A stretch of DNA of 64,000 nucleotides from Squalus acanthias (GCA_030390025.1 JASTWF010000035.1:186001-250000); one strand, 5' to 3'. Shown: positions 45,901 through 59,289, counted from the first letter of the stretch. Notes: generated by a model from the sequence alone, not told the origin. Made by a program: numbers and translations.

Positions 45901-48900
45901 CACTGTACTCCTCTCCCTTCACTGTACACCTCTCCCTTCACTGTACTCCTCTCCCTTCACTGTACACCTCTCCCTTCACTGTACACCTCTCCCTTCACTG
46001 TACTCCTCTCCCTTCACTGTACACCTCTCCCTTCACTGTACTCCTCTCCCTTCACTGTACTCCTCTCCCTTCACTGTACTCCTCTCCCTTCACTGTACAC
46101 CTCTCCCTTCACTGTACTCCTCTCCCTTCACTGTACTCCTCTCCCTTCACTGTACACCTCTCCCTTCACTGTACACCTCTCCCTTCACTGTACTCCTCTC
46201 CCTTCACTGTACACCTCTCCCTTCACTGTACACCTCTCCCTTCACTGTACTCCTCTCCCTTCACTGTACACCTCTCCCTTCACTGTACTCCTCTCCCTTC
46301 ACTGTACTCCTCTCCCTTCACTGTACACCTCTCCCTTCACTGTACACCTCTCCCTTCACTGTACTCCTCACCCTTCACTGTACACCTCTCCCTTCACTGT
46401 ACTCCTCTCCCTTCACTGTACACCTCGCCCTTCACTGTACACCTAACTCTTCACTGTACTCCTCTCCCTTCACTGTACACCTCGCCCTTCACTGTACACC
46501 TCTCCCTTCACTGTACTCCTCTCCCTTCACTGTACACCTCTCCCTTCACTGTACACCTCTCCCTTCACTGTACACCTCTCCCTTCACTGTACACCTCTCC
46601 CTTCACTGTACACCTCTCCCTTCACTGTACTCCTCACCTTCACTGTACACCTCTCCCTTCACTGTACACCTCTCCCTTCACTGTACACCTCTCCCTTCAC
46701 TGTACTCCTCACCCTTCACTGTACACCTCTCCCTTCACTGTACACCTCTCCCTTCACTGTACACCTCGCCCTTCACTGTACACCTCGCCCTTCACTGTAC
46801 ACCTCGCCCTTCACTGTACACCTCTCCCTTCACTGTACTCCTCTCCCTTCACTGTACTCCTCTCCCTTCACTGTACTCCTCTCCCTTCACTGTACTCCTC
46901 TCCCTTCACTGTACTCCTCTCCCTTCACTGTACACCTCTCCCTTCACTGTACACCTCTCCCTTCACTGTACACCTCTCCCTTCACTGTACTCCTCTCCCT
47001 TCACTGTACCCCTCCCCCTTCACTCTACTCCAATCCCTTCACTGTACACCTCTCCCTTCACTGTACTCCTCTCCCTTCACTGTACCCCTCCCCCTTCACT
47101 CTACTCCAATCCCTTCACTGTACACCTCTCTCTTCACTGTACTCCTCTCCCTTCACTGTACACCTCTCCCTTCACTGTACAACTCTCCCTTCACTGTACT
47201 CCTCTCCCTTCACTGTACTCCTCTCCCTTCACTGTACACCTCTCTCTTCACTGTACTCCTCTCCCTTCACTGTACACCTCTCCCTTCACTGTACACCTCT
47301 CCCTTCACTGTACTCCTCTCCCTTCACTGTACACCTCTCCCTTCACTGTACTCCTCTCCCTTCACTGTACCCCTCCCCCTTCACTGTACACCTCTCCCTT
47401 CACTGTACTCCTCTCCCTTCACTGTACTCCTCTCCCTTCACTGTACACCTCTCACTTCACTGTACACCTCTCCCTTCACTGTAATCCAATCCCTTCACTG
47501 TACACCTCTCCCTTCATTGTACTCCTCTCCCTTCACTGTACTCCTCTCCCAATCACTGTACACCTCTCCCTTCACTGTACACCTCTCCCTTCATTGTACT
47601 CCTCTCCCTTCACTGTACACCTCTCCCTTCATTGTACTCCTCTCCCTTCACTGTACTCCTCTCCCTTCACTGTACACCTCTCACTTCACTGTACTCCAAT
47701 CCCTTCACTGTACACCTCTCCCTTCATTGTACTCCTCTCCCTTCACTGTACACCTCTCCCTTCACTGTACTCCTCTCCCTTCACTGTACCCCTCCCCTTC
47801 ACTGTACACCTCTCCCTTCACTGTACTCCTCTCCCTTCACTGTACTCCTCTCCCTTCACTGTACACCTCTCCCTTCACTGTACTCCTCACCCTTCACTGT
47901 ACACCTCTCCCTTCACTGTACTCCTCTCCCTTTACTGTACACCTCTCCCTTCACTGTACTCCTCTCCCTTTACTGTACACCTCTCCCTTCACTGTACTCC
48001 TCTCCCTTACTGTACACCTCTCCCTTCACTTTACTCCTCGCCCTTCACTGTACAACTCTCCCTTCACTGTACACCTCTCCCTTCACTTTACACCTCGCCC
48101 TTCACTGTACACCTCGCCCTTCACTGTACTCCTCGCCCTTCACTGTACACCTCTCCGTTCACTGTACACCTCTCCCTTCACTGTACTCCTCGCCCTTCAC
48201 TGTACACATCGCCCTTCGCTGTACACCTCGCCCTTCGCTGTACACCTCTCCCTTCGCTGTACGCCTCTCTCTTCACTGTACGCCTCTCTCTTCACTGTAC
48301 ACCTCTCCCTTCACTGTGCACCTCTCCCTTCACTGTACTCCTCGCCCTTCACTGTACTCCTCTCCCTTCACTGTACACCTCTCCCTTCACTGTACACCTC
48401 TCCCTTCACTGTACTCCTCTCCCTTCACTGTACTCCTCTCCCTTCACTGTACTCCTCTCCCTTCACTGTACTCTTCTCCCTTCACTGTACACCTCTCCCT
48501 TCACTGTACACCTCTCCCTTCACTGTACACCTCTCCCTTCACTGTACTCCTCTCCCTTCACTGTACCCCTCCCCCTTCACTGTACACCTCTCCCTTCACT
48601 GTACACCTCTCCCTTCACTGTACACCTCTCCCTTCACTGTACAACTCTCCCTTCACTGTACACCTCTCCCTTCACTGTACTCCTCTCCCTTCACTGTACT
48701 CCTCTCCCTTCACTGTACACCTCTCCCTTCACTGTACACCTCTCCCTTCACTGTACTCCTCTCCCTTCACTGTACACCTCTCCTTCACTGTACACCTCTC
48801 CCTTCACTGTACACCTCTCCCTTCACTGTACACCTCTCCCTTCACTGTACTCCTCTCCCTTCACTGTACACCTCTCCCTTCACTGTACACCTCTCCCTTC

Positions 48901-50500
48901 ACTGTACACCTCTCCCTTCACTGTACACCTCTCCCTTCACTGTACACCTCTCCCTTCACTGTACTCCTCTCCCTTCACTGTACACCTCTCCCTTCACTGT
49001 ACACCTCTCCCTTCACTGTACTCCTCTCCCTTCACTGTACACCTCTCCCTTCACTGTACACCTCTCCCTTCACTGTACACCTCTCCCTTCACTGTACACC
49101 TCTCCCTTCACTGTACACCTCACCCTTCACTGTACTCCTCACCCTTCACTGTACACCTCTCCCTTCACTGTACACCTCTCCCTTCACTGTACACCTCTCC
49201 CTTCACTTTACTCCTCTCCCTTCACTGTACACCTCTCCCTTCACTGTACACCTCTCCCTTCACTGTACTCCTCTCCCTTCACTGTACTCCTCTCCCTTCA
49301 CTGTACTCCTCACCCTCCACTGTACACCTCTCCCTTCACTGTACACCTCTCCCTTCACTGTACACCTCGCCCTTCACTGTACTCCTCGCCCTTCACTGAA
49401 CACCTCGCCCTTCACTGTACACCTCTCCCTTCACTGTACACCTCGCCCTTCACTGTACACCTCTCCCTTCACTGAACACCTCGCCCTTCACTGTACACCT
49501 ACCCCTTCACTGTACACCTCTCCCTTCACTGCACTCCTCTCCCTTCACTGTACACCTCGCCCTTCACTGTACACCTCGCCCTTCACTGTACTCCTCTCCC
49601 TTCACTGTACACCTCTCCGTTCACTATACACCTCTCCCTTCACTGTACACCTCGCCCTTCACTGTACTCCTCGTCCTTCACTGTACACCTCTCCGTTCAC
49701 TGTACACCTCTCCCTTCACTGTACTCCTCGCCCTTCACTGTACACATCGCCCTTCGCTGTACACCTCGCCCTTCGCTGTACACCTCTCCCTTCGCTGTAC
49801 GCCTCTCTGTTCACTGTACGCCTCTCTCTTCACTGTACACCTCTCCCTTCACTGTGCACCTCTCCCTTCACTGTACTCCTCGCCCTTCACTGTACTCCTC
49901 GCCCTTCACTGTACTCCTCTCCCTTCACTGTACACCTCTCCCTTCACTATACTCATCTCCCTTCACTATACTCCTCTCCCTTCACTGTACCCCTCTCCCT
50001 TCACTGTACACCTCGCCCTTCACTGTACACCTCTCCCTTCACTGTACACCTCTCCCTTCACTGTACACCTCGCCCTTCACTGTACACCTCCCCCTTCACT
50101 GTACTCCTTGCCCTTCACTGTACACCTCGCCCTTCGCTGTACACCTCGCCCTTCGCTGTACGCCTCTCTCTTCACTGTACTCCTCGCCCTTCACTGTGCA
50201 CCTCACCCTTCAGTGTAATCCTTTCCCTTCACTGTACACCTCTCCCTTCACTGTAGTCCTCTCCCTTCACTATACTCCTGTCCCTTCACTGTACACCTCT
50301 CCCTTCCCGGTACTCCTCTCCCTTCACTGTACTCCTCTCCCTTCACTGTACACCTCTCCCTTCACTGTACTCCTCTCCCTTCACTGTACTCCTCTCCCTT
50401 CACTGTACACCTCTCCCTTCCCTGTACTCCTCTCCCTTCACTGTACTCCTCTCCCTTCACTGTACTCCTCTCCCTTCACTGTACAACTCTCCCTTCACTG
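33951..50500. repeat. 19-bp satellite array (ACTGTAC[A/T]CCTCTCCCTTC)n, about 16.5 kb, roughly 850 units, interrupted by a SINE
   Basis: The unit is read directly. The 19-aa period in all three + frames equals 3 x 19 bp. Confidence 0.98.
42648..42947 (+). mobile_element. V-SINE (HE1-like), 3'-truncated, inside the satellite
   Basis: Near-identical reverse complement of about 14375-14674: tRNA-like head and V-domain. Confidence 0.9.
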
Positions 50501-50578
50501 TTCTGAATTGAAGAGAATGGTCGAGCACATTGACTTCTTGATGTTTTGTTTGACGTTCTGCAATTCTCTGCGTTCCAG

Positions 50579-50782
50579 TCTGCCGAGGAAGGAGCCGTGA
50601 GCACCATCTACTGTGCTGTGTCCAATGAAATGGAAGGTGTCAGTGGGAAGTACATCGACAGCGACTGCTCCCTCGCGCTGCCCTGTCCAACAGCTCAAGA
50701 CCAAGCCTTAGCTAAAAAGCTGTGGGACGTCAGTGAGTCGCTCACCGGCCTCGACAAGAGGACAACTGGAGAGACAAGTTAA
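50579..50782 (+). CDS. RDH-like SDR last coding exon
   Basis: ttccag|TCT; encodes SAEEGAVSTIYCAVSNEMEGVSGKYIDSDC...AKKLWDVSESLTGL...*. Exons 2-6 total 836 nt; adding 1 nt from exon 1 gives 279 codons, so the frame is consistent. Confidence 0.93.
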   Translation, partial: SAEEGAVSTIYCAVSNEMEGVSGKYIDSDCSLALPCPTAQDQALAKKLWDVSESLTGLDKRTTGETS

Positions 50783-50854
50783 TGGAATGTGATTCCTCCC
50801 AGGCAGTCCTTAGAGCAACACATGGAGTGCAACTCGAAATAGCTGCTCTGAGCC

Positions 50855-51445
50855 TCCCACCTCCCGTCCCCTCCCTCTCCCATCCCCCTCCCCTCCCCCT
50901 CTCCCTCCCCCTCCCCCTCTCCCATCCCCCTCCCCCTCCCCCTCTCCCTCCCCCTCCCCTCCCCTCTCCCCTCCCCCTCCCCCTCCCCCTCTCCCTCTCC
51001 CTCCCCCTCCCCCTCTCCCCCTCCCCCCCCTCTCCCATCCCCCTCTCCCTCTCCCTCCCCCTCTCCCTCCCCCTCTCCCTCCCCCTCCCCCTCTCCCCTC
51101 CCCCTCCCCCTCCCCCTCTCCCTCTCCCCCTCCCCCTCCCCTCCCCCTCTCCCCTCCCCCTCCCCCTCCCCCTCCCCCTCTCCCTCCCCCTCTCCCTCTC
51201 CCTCCCCCTCCCCCTCCCCCTCCCCCTCTCCCCTCCCCCTCTCCGTCCCCCTACCCCTCTCCCCCACCTCTCCCATCCCCTTCCCCTCCCCTCTCCACAC
51301 CTCTTTTCCCCTCTCCCCCCCTCCCCCTCTCCCCGCTCCCCTCTCCCCCGCTCCCCTCTCCTCCCCTCTGCACCCCTCCCCTCCCCACTCCGCTCTTCTC
51401 CGCTGCCTCCCCCCTCCCCTCCCTTCTCATCCACTCCACTCCCCT
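50855..51445. repeat. Polypyrimidine (CCCCT/CCCTCT)n low-complexity tract
   Basis: Read directly. Confidence 0.95.
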
Positions 51446-51447
51446 CT

Positions 51448-52750
51448 CATAGCAATTTAGCAACACAGGAACAGGAGGAGGCCATTCAGCTCCTTCAGCC
51501 TGTTCCGCCATTCAATGACATCATGGCTGATCTGTGACCTAACTCCATATACCCGCCTTTGCCCCATATCCCTGAATACCTTTGGATAACAGAAATGTAG
51601 TAATCTCAGATTTAAAATGAACAATTGACCCAGCATCAATGGCCATTTGCGGAAGAGAGTTCCAAACTTCTCCCCCTTTGCGTGTAGAAGTGTTTCCTAA
51701 GTTCGGGTCGGCAGGCTGTAACGAGTGGGGTACCACAAGGATCAGTGCTTGGGCCTCAGCTACTCACAATCTGCATCAATGATTTGGATGAGGGGACCAA
51801 ATGTAATATATCCAAGTTTGCTGATGATACAAAGCTGGGTGGGAATGTAAGTTGTGAGGAGGATGCAAGGAGGCTTCAAGGGGATATAGACAGGCTAAGT
51901 GAGTGGGCAAGAACATGGCAAATGGAATATAATGTGGAGAAATGTGAAGTTATCCACTTTGGTAGGAAATATAGAAAAGCTGAGTATTTTTAAATGGTGA
52001 GAGATTGGGAAATGTTGGTGTTCAGAGGGACCTGGGTGTCCTTGTACATGAATCACTGAAAGTTAACATGCAGGTACAGCAAGCAATTAGAAAGCAAATG
52101 ATATTTATTACAAGAGGATTTCAGTATAGGAGTAAAGACGTCTTACTGCAATCATACAGGGCTCTGGTGAGACCACACCTGCAGTATTGTGTACAGTTTT
52201 GGTCTCCTTACCTAAGGAAGGATATACTTGCCATTGAGGGAGTGCAACGAAGGTTCACCAGACTAGTTCCTGGGATGGGGGGATTGTCCTATGAGGAGAG
52301 ATTGTGTAGAATGGGCCTATCCTCTCTGGAGTTTAGAAGAATGAGAGGTGATCTCATTGAAACATACAAAATTTTTACAGGGCTTGACAGGGTAGATGCA
52401 GGGAGGATGTTTCCCTTGTCTCAGGGGTCTAGAACCAGGGGTAACAGTTTTAGAATAAGGGGTCAGCCATTTAGGACTGAGATGAGGAGAAATTTCTTCA
52501 CTCAGAGGGTGGTGAATCTTTGGAATTCTCTACCCCAGAGGGCTGTGGAGGCTCAGTCGTTGAGTATATTCAAGACTGAGATCGATAGATTTTTGGATAT
52601 TAAGGGAATCAAGGGATATGGGGATAGTGCAGGAAAGTGGAGATGAGGTCGAAGATCAGCCATGATCTTATTGAATGGTGGAACAGGCTCGAGGGGCCAA
52701 ATGACCAACTCCTGCTCCTATTTCTTATGTTCTTTTGTTCCTATGTTCTT
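51448..52750. mobile_element. Two CR1 3' fragments in opposite orientation (minus 51448-51700, plus about 51705-52750)
   Basis: Plus copy: LGPQL...FADDTK...WNSLP with a CTTATGTT-type tail. The minus copy carries the 3' UTR. Confidence 0.85.
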
Positions 52751-52904
52751 GTCCTCCACTCCCCTCCCCTCTCCTCCATTCCCTGCTATATAACATAATC
52801 TCGTATATAGCCTTCTATATAACACCCTTATATAGCACAACCTCATATATAATATACCCTGCTATATAACACAACCTATATAACACAACCTCATATATAA
52901 CATT

Positions 52905-53690
52905 ACAGCCATGGTCCAAACATGGACAAAAGAGCTAAATTCCTGAGATGAGGTGAGAGTGACTGCCCTTGACATCAAGGCTGCATTTGACCAAATGTGG
53001 CATCAAGGAGCCCTAGTAAAATTGAAGTCAATGGAAATCAGGGGAAAATGCTCCACTGGCTGGAGTCATACCTAGCACAACGGAAGATGGTTGTGGTTGT
53101 TGGAGGCCAATCATCTCAGCTCCAGGACATCACTGCAGGAGTTCCTCATCTACAAGGCACAAGTAAGGAGTGTGATGGAATACTCACCACTTGCCTGGAT
53201 GAGTGCAGCTCCAATAGTACTCAAGAAGCTCGATACAATCCAGGACAAAGCAGCCCGCTTGATTGGCACCCCATCCACCACCTTAAACATTCACTCCCTC
53301 CACCACCGGCGTACCGTGGCTGCAGTGTGTACCATCTACAAGATGCACTGCAGCAACTCACCAAGGCTTCTTCGGCAGCACCTCCCAAACTTGCGGCCTC
53401 TTCCACCTAGAAGGACAAGGGCATCAGACACAGGGGAACACCACCACCTCCAAGTTCCCCTCCAAGTCACACACCATCCTGACTTGGAAGTATATCGCCG
53501 ATCCTTCATCGTCGCTGGGTCAAAATCCTGGAACTCCCTCCCTAACAGTACTGTGGGAGTACCTTCACCACATGGACTGCAGCGGTTCAAGAAGGCAGCT
53601 CACCACCACCTTCTCAAGGGCAACTAGGGATGGGCAATAAATGCTGGCCTTGCCAGCGACGCCCACATCCCATGAATGAATGCAAAAAAT
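52905..53690 (+). mobile_element. LINE family B with an internal deletion at about 53147
   Basis: GCAGGAGTTCCTCA is joined directly to TCTACAAGGC, skipping the FADD region present in 11513-12374; typical 3' end. Confidence 0.85.
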
Positions 53691-53969
53691 TCCCTTCTAT
53701 ATAACACCACCAATATAACCAGGGTTCTCCCGATCTCCTGCTGTAACCTCAGCGGAAGTTCAATGGAAATCTGAGGAACAGCAATGATCACTCGCCCCGC
53801 CGATCGCCCGCAGGAGTAACGGTGGGAGATCGGGAGAACTCTCACGGAAATTCTACCCTCTGTGTTAGCGAGAAAGGGAGCTGCCTGCTTATATATGGAG
53901 AAGTGTCGGGAAACCGGAATGAGTTAAACTCTGCTCTGTTCATTTTGTGTCTCATAAATAAAACTACTT

Positions 53970-54428
53970 AACGAAAGAAAGTCTTGCATTTCTATAGCGC
54001 CTTTCAAACCACCGGACGTTCCAAAGTGCTTTTCAGCCAATGAAGTACTTTTTGAAGTGGAGTCACTGTTGTAATGTAGGAAACGCGGCAGCCAATTTGC
54101 GCACAGCAAGCTCCCACAAACAGCAATGTGAAAATGACCAAATAATCTGTTTTGGTTAAGGGATAAATATTGGCCAGGACACCAGGGATAACTCCCCTAT
54201 TCTTCTTTGAAATAGTGCCATGGGATCTTTTACGTCTACCTGAGAGAGCAGACGGGGCCTCGGTTTAACGTCTCATCTAAAAGACGGCACCTCTGACAGT
54301 GCGGCGCTCCCTCAGCACTGCACTGGAGTGTCAGCCTAGCTTTATGTGCTCAGGTTTCTGGAGTGGGACTCGAACCCACAACCTTCTGACTCAGAGGCCA
54401 GAGTGCTAGCAACTGAGCCACGGCTGAC
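53970..54428 (-). mobile_element. tRNA-derived DeuSINE-like element (SacSINE1-like)
   Basis: Minus-strand head GGCTCAGTTG...GGTTCGAGTCCC; Deu-domain-like CAGTGCAGTGCTGAGGGAG...GATGAGACGTTAAACCGAGG; L2-like tail GGCGCTATAGAAATGCAAG. Confidence 0.75.
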
Positions 54429-54481
54429 ACATATTGCCTTCAGCCCATGTCTCCCGTCACTGAGAGTGTTTATTCAGTCAA

Positions 54482-56205
54482 ATTATTACTCTGGGTTCAC
54501 AGTGCACTGTTTATTACTCTGGGTTCACAGTGCACTGTTTATTACTCTGGGTTCACAGTGCACTGTTTATTACTCTGGGTTCACAGGTGCACTGTTTATT
54601 AGTCTGGGTTCACAGTGCACTGTTTATTATTCTGGGTTCACAGTGCACTGTTTATTACTATGGTTTCAGGGTGCACTGTTTATTACTCTGGGTTCACAGT
54701 GCACTGTTTATTACTCTGGGTTCACAGTGCACTGTTTATTATTCTGGGTTCACAGTGCACTGTTTATTACTATGGTTTCAGGGTGCACTGTTTATTACTC
54801 TGGGTTCACAGTGTACTGTTTATTACTATGGTATGGTTTCAGGGTGCACTGTTTATTACTCTGGGTTCACAGTGCACTGTTTATTACTCTGGGTTCACAG
54901 TGCACTGTTTATTACTCTGGGTTCACAGTGCACTGTTTATTAGTCTGGGTTCACAGTGCACTGTTTATTACTCTGGGTTCACAGTGCACTGTTTATTGCT
55001 CTGGGTTCACAGTGCACTGTTTATTACTCTGCGTTCACAGTGCACTGTTTATTAGTCTGGGTTCACAGTGCACTGTTTATTACTCTGGGTTCACAGTGCA
55101 CTGTTTATTACTATGGTTTCAGGGTGCACTGTTTATTACTCTGGGTTCACAGTGTACTGTTTATTACTATGGTTTCAGGGTGCACTGTTTATTATTCTGG
55201 GTTCACAGTGCACTGTTTATTACTCTGGGTTCACAGTGCACTGTTTATTACTCTGGGTTCACAGTGCACTGTTTATTAGTCTGGGTTCGCAGTGCACTGT
55301 TTATTACTCTGGGTTCACAGTGCACTGTTTATTGCTCTGGGTTCACAGTGCACTGTGTATTACTCTGGGTTCACAGTGCACTGTTTATTACTCTGGGTTC
55401 ACAGTGCACTGTTTATTACTATGGTTTCAGGGTGCACTGTTTATTACTCTGGGTTCACAGTGTACTGTTTATTACTATGGTTTCAGGGTGCACTGTTTAT
55501 TACTCTGGGTTCACAGTGCACTGTTTATTAGTCTGGGTTCACAGTGCACTGTTTATTACTCTGGGTTCACAGTGCACTGTTTATTGCTCTGGGTTCACAG
55601 TGCACTGTTTATTACTCTGGGTTCACAGTGCACTGTTTATTACTCTGGGTTCACAGTGCACTGTTTATTACTCTGGGTTCACAGTGCACTGTTTATTGCT
55701 CTGGGTTCACAGTGCACTGTTTATTACTCTGGGTTCACAGTGCACTGTTTATTACTCTGGGTTCACAGTGCACTGTTTATTACTCTGGGTTCACAGTGCA
55801 CTGTTTATTGCTCTGGGTTCACAGTGCACTGTTTATTACTCTGGGTTTACAGTGCACTGTTTATTAGTCTGGGTTCACAGTGCACTGTTTATTACTCTGG
55901 GTTCACAGTGCACTGTTTATTACTATGGTTTCAGGGTGCACTGTTTATTACTCTGGGTTCACAGTGCACTGTTTATTACTATGGTTTCAGGGTGCACTGT
56001 TTATTACTCTGGGTTCACAGTGTACTGTTTATTACTATGGTTTCAGGGTGCACTGTTTATTACTCTGGGTTCACAGTGCACTGTTTATTGCTCTGGGTTC
56101 ACAGTGCACTGTTTATTACTCTGGGTTCACAGTGCACTGTTTATTACTCTGGGTTCACAGTGCACTGTTTATTACTATGGTTTCAGGGTGCAGTGATTAT
56201 TACTC
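54482..56205. repeat. 28-bp minisatellite, about 60 copies, each with a 12-bp palindrome
   Basis: Unit TTATTACTCTGGGTTCACAGTGCACTGT, with variant TTATTACTATGGTTTCAGGGTGCACTGT. Confidence 0.97.
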
Positions 56206-56554
56206 CAGTTTCATGGTACGCTTATAGCAAACAAACGGAAATCAATCCCAGAGTTGGATCACCTTCAAACACCAGTCCCCGGCCTGCAGTGTCCGGCCTG
56301 CAGTGTCCGGCCCTTTCGCATTCACACAGGGGCCGGTCGCTGCTCCGATGCTGTGACTGACTGGCAGGTTAGTGTTAGCTTATTGGCCCCTAATAGGCTA
56401 AATATACATTGGGTTTTTACAGGATAATCCATATCCAGACCCCTTTAAATAATCTCGAGACCGAGGAACCACTGAAACATCTGAATAACGTTTTTATTCC
56501 TATTCACCACTACCATGAGACCAGTGGGTCCCAAGAACCACTCACGTGAGCACT

Positions 56555-57212
56555 CATAGCAACATAGGAACAGGAGGAGGCCATTCAGCCCTCGAGCCTG
56601 TTCCGCCATTCAATGAGATCATGGCTGATCTGTGACCTAACTCCATCTACCCTTTGGTCCATATCCCTTAATACCTTTGGTTATCAAAAATCGATCAATT
56701 GATCTAGCATCAATTGCCATTTGCGGAAGAGAGTTCCAAACTTCTGCCACCCTTCGGGGGAAAAATTCAGTATCGTCCCGTTTGGGGCGCAATTATCGGT
56801 CGGGCGCAAAGATTTATGCCTGGCGCTAATAATCATTTCCGAATGCAAACTTGACCTTTATCGCCCCTGTTTCCTAATTTCACTCCTGAAAGGTCTGGCT
56901 CCAATTTTTAGACTATGCCCCCTAGTCCCAGAATCCCCAACCAGCGGAAATAGTTTCTCTCTATCTACCCTATCAGTTCCCCTTAATATCTTGAAAACTT
57001 TGATCAAATCATCCCTTAACCTTCTAAATTTAAGGGAATACAACCCTAATTTGTGTAATCTCTCCTCGTAATTTAACTTTTGAAGTCCGGGTATCATTCT
57101 GGTAAACCTAAGCTGCACTCCCTCCAAGGCCAGTATATCCTTCCTAAGGTGTGGTGCCCAGAACTGCTCTCAGTGCTCCAGGTGTGGTCTAACCAGGGCT
57201 TTGTATCGCTGT
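56555..57212 (-). mobile_element. CR1 3' fragment interrupted by an insert of about 110 bp (56756-56867)
   Basis: Same family as 33365-33925. Confidence 0.8.
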
Positions 57213-57575
57213 TCTGAAGAAGAAAGGAGGAAGTTGAGGAATGGAAGCGAGATGTGCAAAGGCTGCGCCCCGTTTCAATGATTCCGCCCTGGATGTGCTG
57301 CTGGGGGTTGTGAGGAGGGAGATACTATTCCCCAGCAATGAGAGGAAGAAACCGGCGGCACAAACCAAGATGGGGTGGTTGGAGGTTGCCGAGGAGGTCA
57401 GCAGCAGGAGCGCAGTGCCACGCTCCTGGATGCAGCACAGGAAGCTCTTTAATGACCTAACCATGTCAGAAAAGGTGTGTACAGTGGCACATTAACCTGC
57501 ATCCTGCTGTGTGCATCACCCCACCCACTCACTCTGCCTTCTCAAGCCTACTCCAGCACATCACTCCTCATACCC
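57213..57575 (+). mobile_element. Harbinger-type Myb/SANT-like exon fragment
   Basis: APRFNDSALDVLL...GWLEVAEEVSSR...RSWMQHRKLFNDL; homologous to about 31344-31577. Confidence 0.7.
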
Positions 57576-59000
57576 CTTGACTTAGATAAGATTATGTCCC
57601 CTAGTTCTAGTTTCACCCATCATTGGGAACATCCTCACCGCGTCCACCCGATCAAGCCCCTTCACAATCTTATATGTTTCAATAAGATCACCTCTCATTC
57701 TTCTGAACTCCAATGAGTAGAGTCCAATCTACTCAACCTCTCCTCGTATGTCCACCCCCTCATCCCCGGAATTAACCGAGTGAACCTTCTTTGTACTGCC
57801 TCGAGAGCAAGTATGTCTTTTCTTAAGTATGGACACCAAAACTGTATGCAGTACTCCAGGTGCGGTCTCACCAATACCCTATACAACTGCAGCAATACCT
57901 CCCTGTTTTTATATTCTATCCCCCTAGCAATAAAAGCCAACATTCCATTGGCTTTCTTGATCACCTGCTGCACCTGCATACTAACTTTTTGATTTTCTTG
58001 CACCAAGACCCCCAGATCCCTTTGTACTGCAGTACTTTCCAGTTTCTCGCCATTAAGATAATAACTTGCTCTCTGATTTTTCCTGCCAAAGTGCATAACC
58101 TCACATTTTCCAATATTGTATTGCATCTGCCAAATCTCTGCCCACTCACCCAGCCTGTCTATATCCCCTTCTAGGTTTTTTATGTCCTCCTCACTCTCTA
58201 CTTTCCCTCCCATCTTTGTATCATCTGCAAACTTTGATATGTTACACTCGGTCCCCTCCTCCAAATCGTTAATATAGATTGTAAAGAGTTGGGGACCCAG
58301 CACCGACCCCTGCGGAACACCACTGGCTACTGGTTGCCAGTTCGAGAATGAACCATTTATCCCAACTCTCTGCTTCCTGTTAAATAACCAATCCCCCACC
58401 CATGCCAGAATATTACCCCCAATCCAGTGATTTTTTATCTTGAGTAATAATCTTTTATCTGGCACCTTGTCGAATGCCTTCTGGAAGTCTAAATACACTA
58501 CATCCACTGGTTCCCCTTTATCCACCCTGTACGTTATGTCCTCAAAGAACTCGAGCAAATTTGTCAGACATGACTTCCCCTTCATAAAACCATGCTGACT
58601 TTGTCCTATTAAATTATGTTTATCTAAATGTTCCATTACTGTCTCCTTAATAATAGACTCCAAAATTTTACCCACCACAGATGTTAGGCTATCTGGTCTA
58701 TAATTTCCAGCCTTCTGCCTATAACCCTTTTTAAATAAGGGTGTTACATTAGCAGTTTTCTAATCTGCCGGGACCTTTGCTGAGTTCAGGGAGTTTTGGA
58801 AAATTATTACCAAAGCATCCACAATTCCTACTGCTACTTCCCTCAAGACCCTAGGATGTAAGCCATCAGGTCCAGGGGATTTATCCGCCTTGAGTCCCAT
58901 TATTTTACTGAGTACCAATTCCTTAGTGATTTTAATCGTATTTAGCTCCTCCCCCACTAGAGCCCCCTGTTTGTCCAGTGTTGGGATATTCTTAGTGTCC
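57576..59000 (-). mobile_element. CR1 ORF2 RT fragment, same subfamily as 4126-5795
   Basis: ORFs 57695-58678 and 58760-58957; the overlap is nearly identical to about 4126-4742. Confidence 0.92.
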
Positions 59001-59289
59001 TACATAAGAACATAAGAACATAAGAAATAGGAGCAGGAGTAGGCCAATCAGCCCCTCAAGCCTGCTCCGCCATTCAATAAGATCATGGCTGATCTGATCC
59101 TAACCGCCAATCTACTATCTATCACAGAACCATCTCCTGCATCTAACAGAATTGCACACACGAAATAGGAGCAGAATCATGCTACACGGTCCCTGGGCCC
59201 GCTCCACTACCCACAGGGCCATGACCGATCCGAACCTAGACTGATGTCCAAATTCCTGCCCGCTCCCCGTAACCCTTAATGCCCTACTC

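Noticed and set aside
35477..50256. Very long ORFs (up to 2151 aa) of repeating SLHCTPLPSLYTSPFTVHL
   Set aside because: They arise from a stop-free 19-bp monomer that is open in all three frames, lie in an intron and show no coding signal.
50742..51537. Pro-rich and Gly/Glu/Arg-rich ORFs
   Set aside because: Low-complexity CCCCT tract; the same applies to 59753-60828.
54346..56360. ORFs of 430-616 aa with Cys/His-rich repeats
   Set aside because: Translation of the 28-bp minisatellite.
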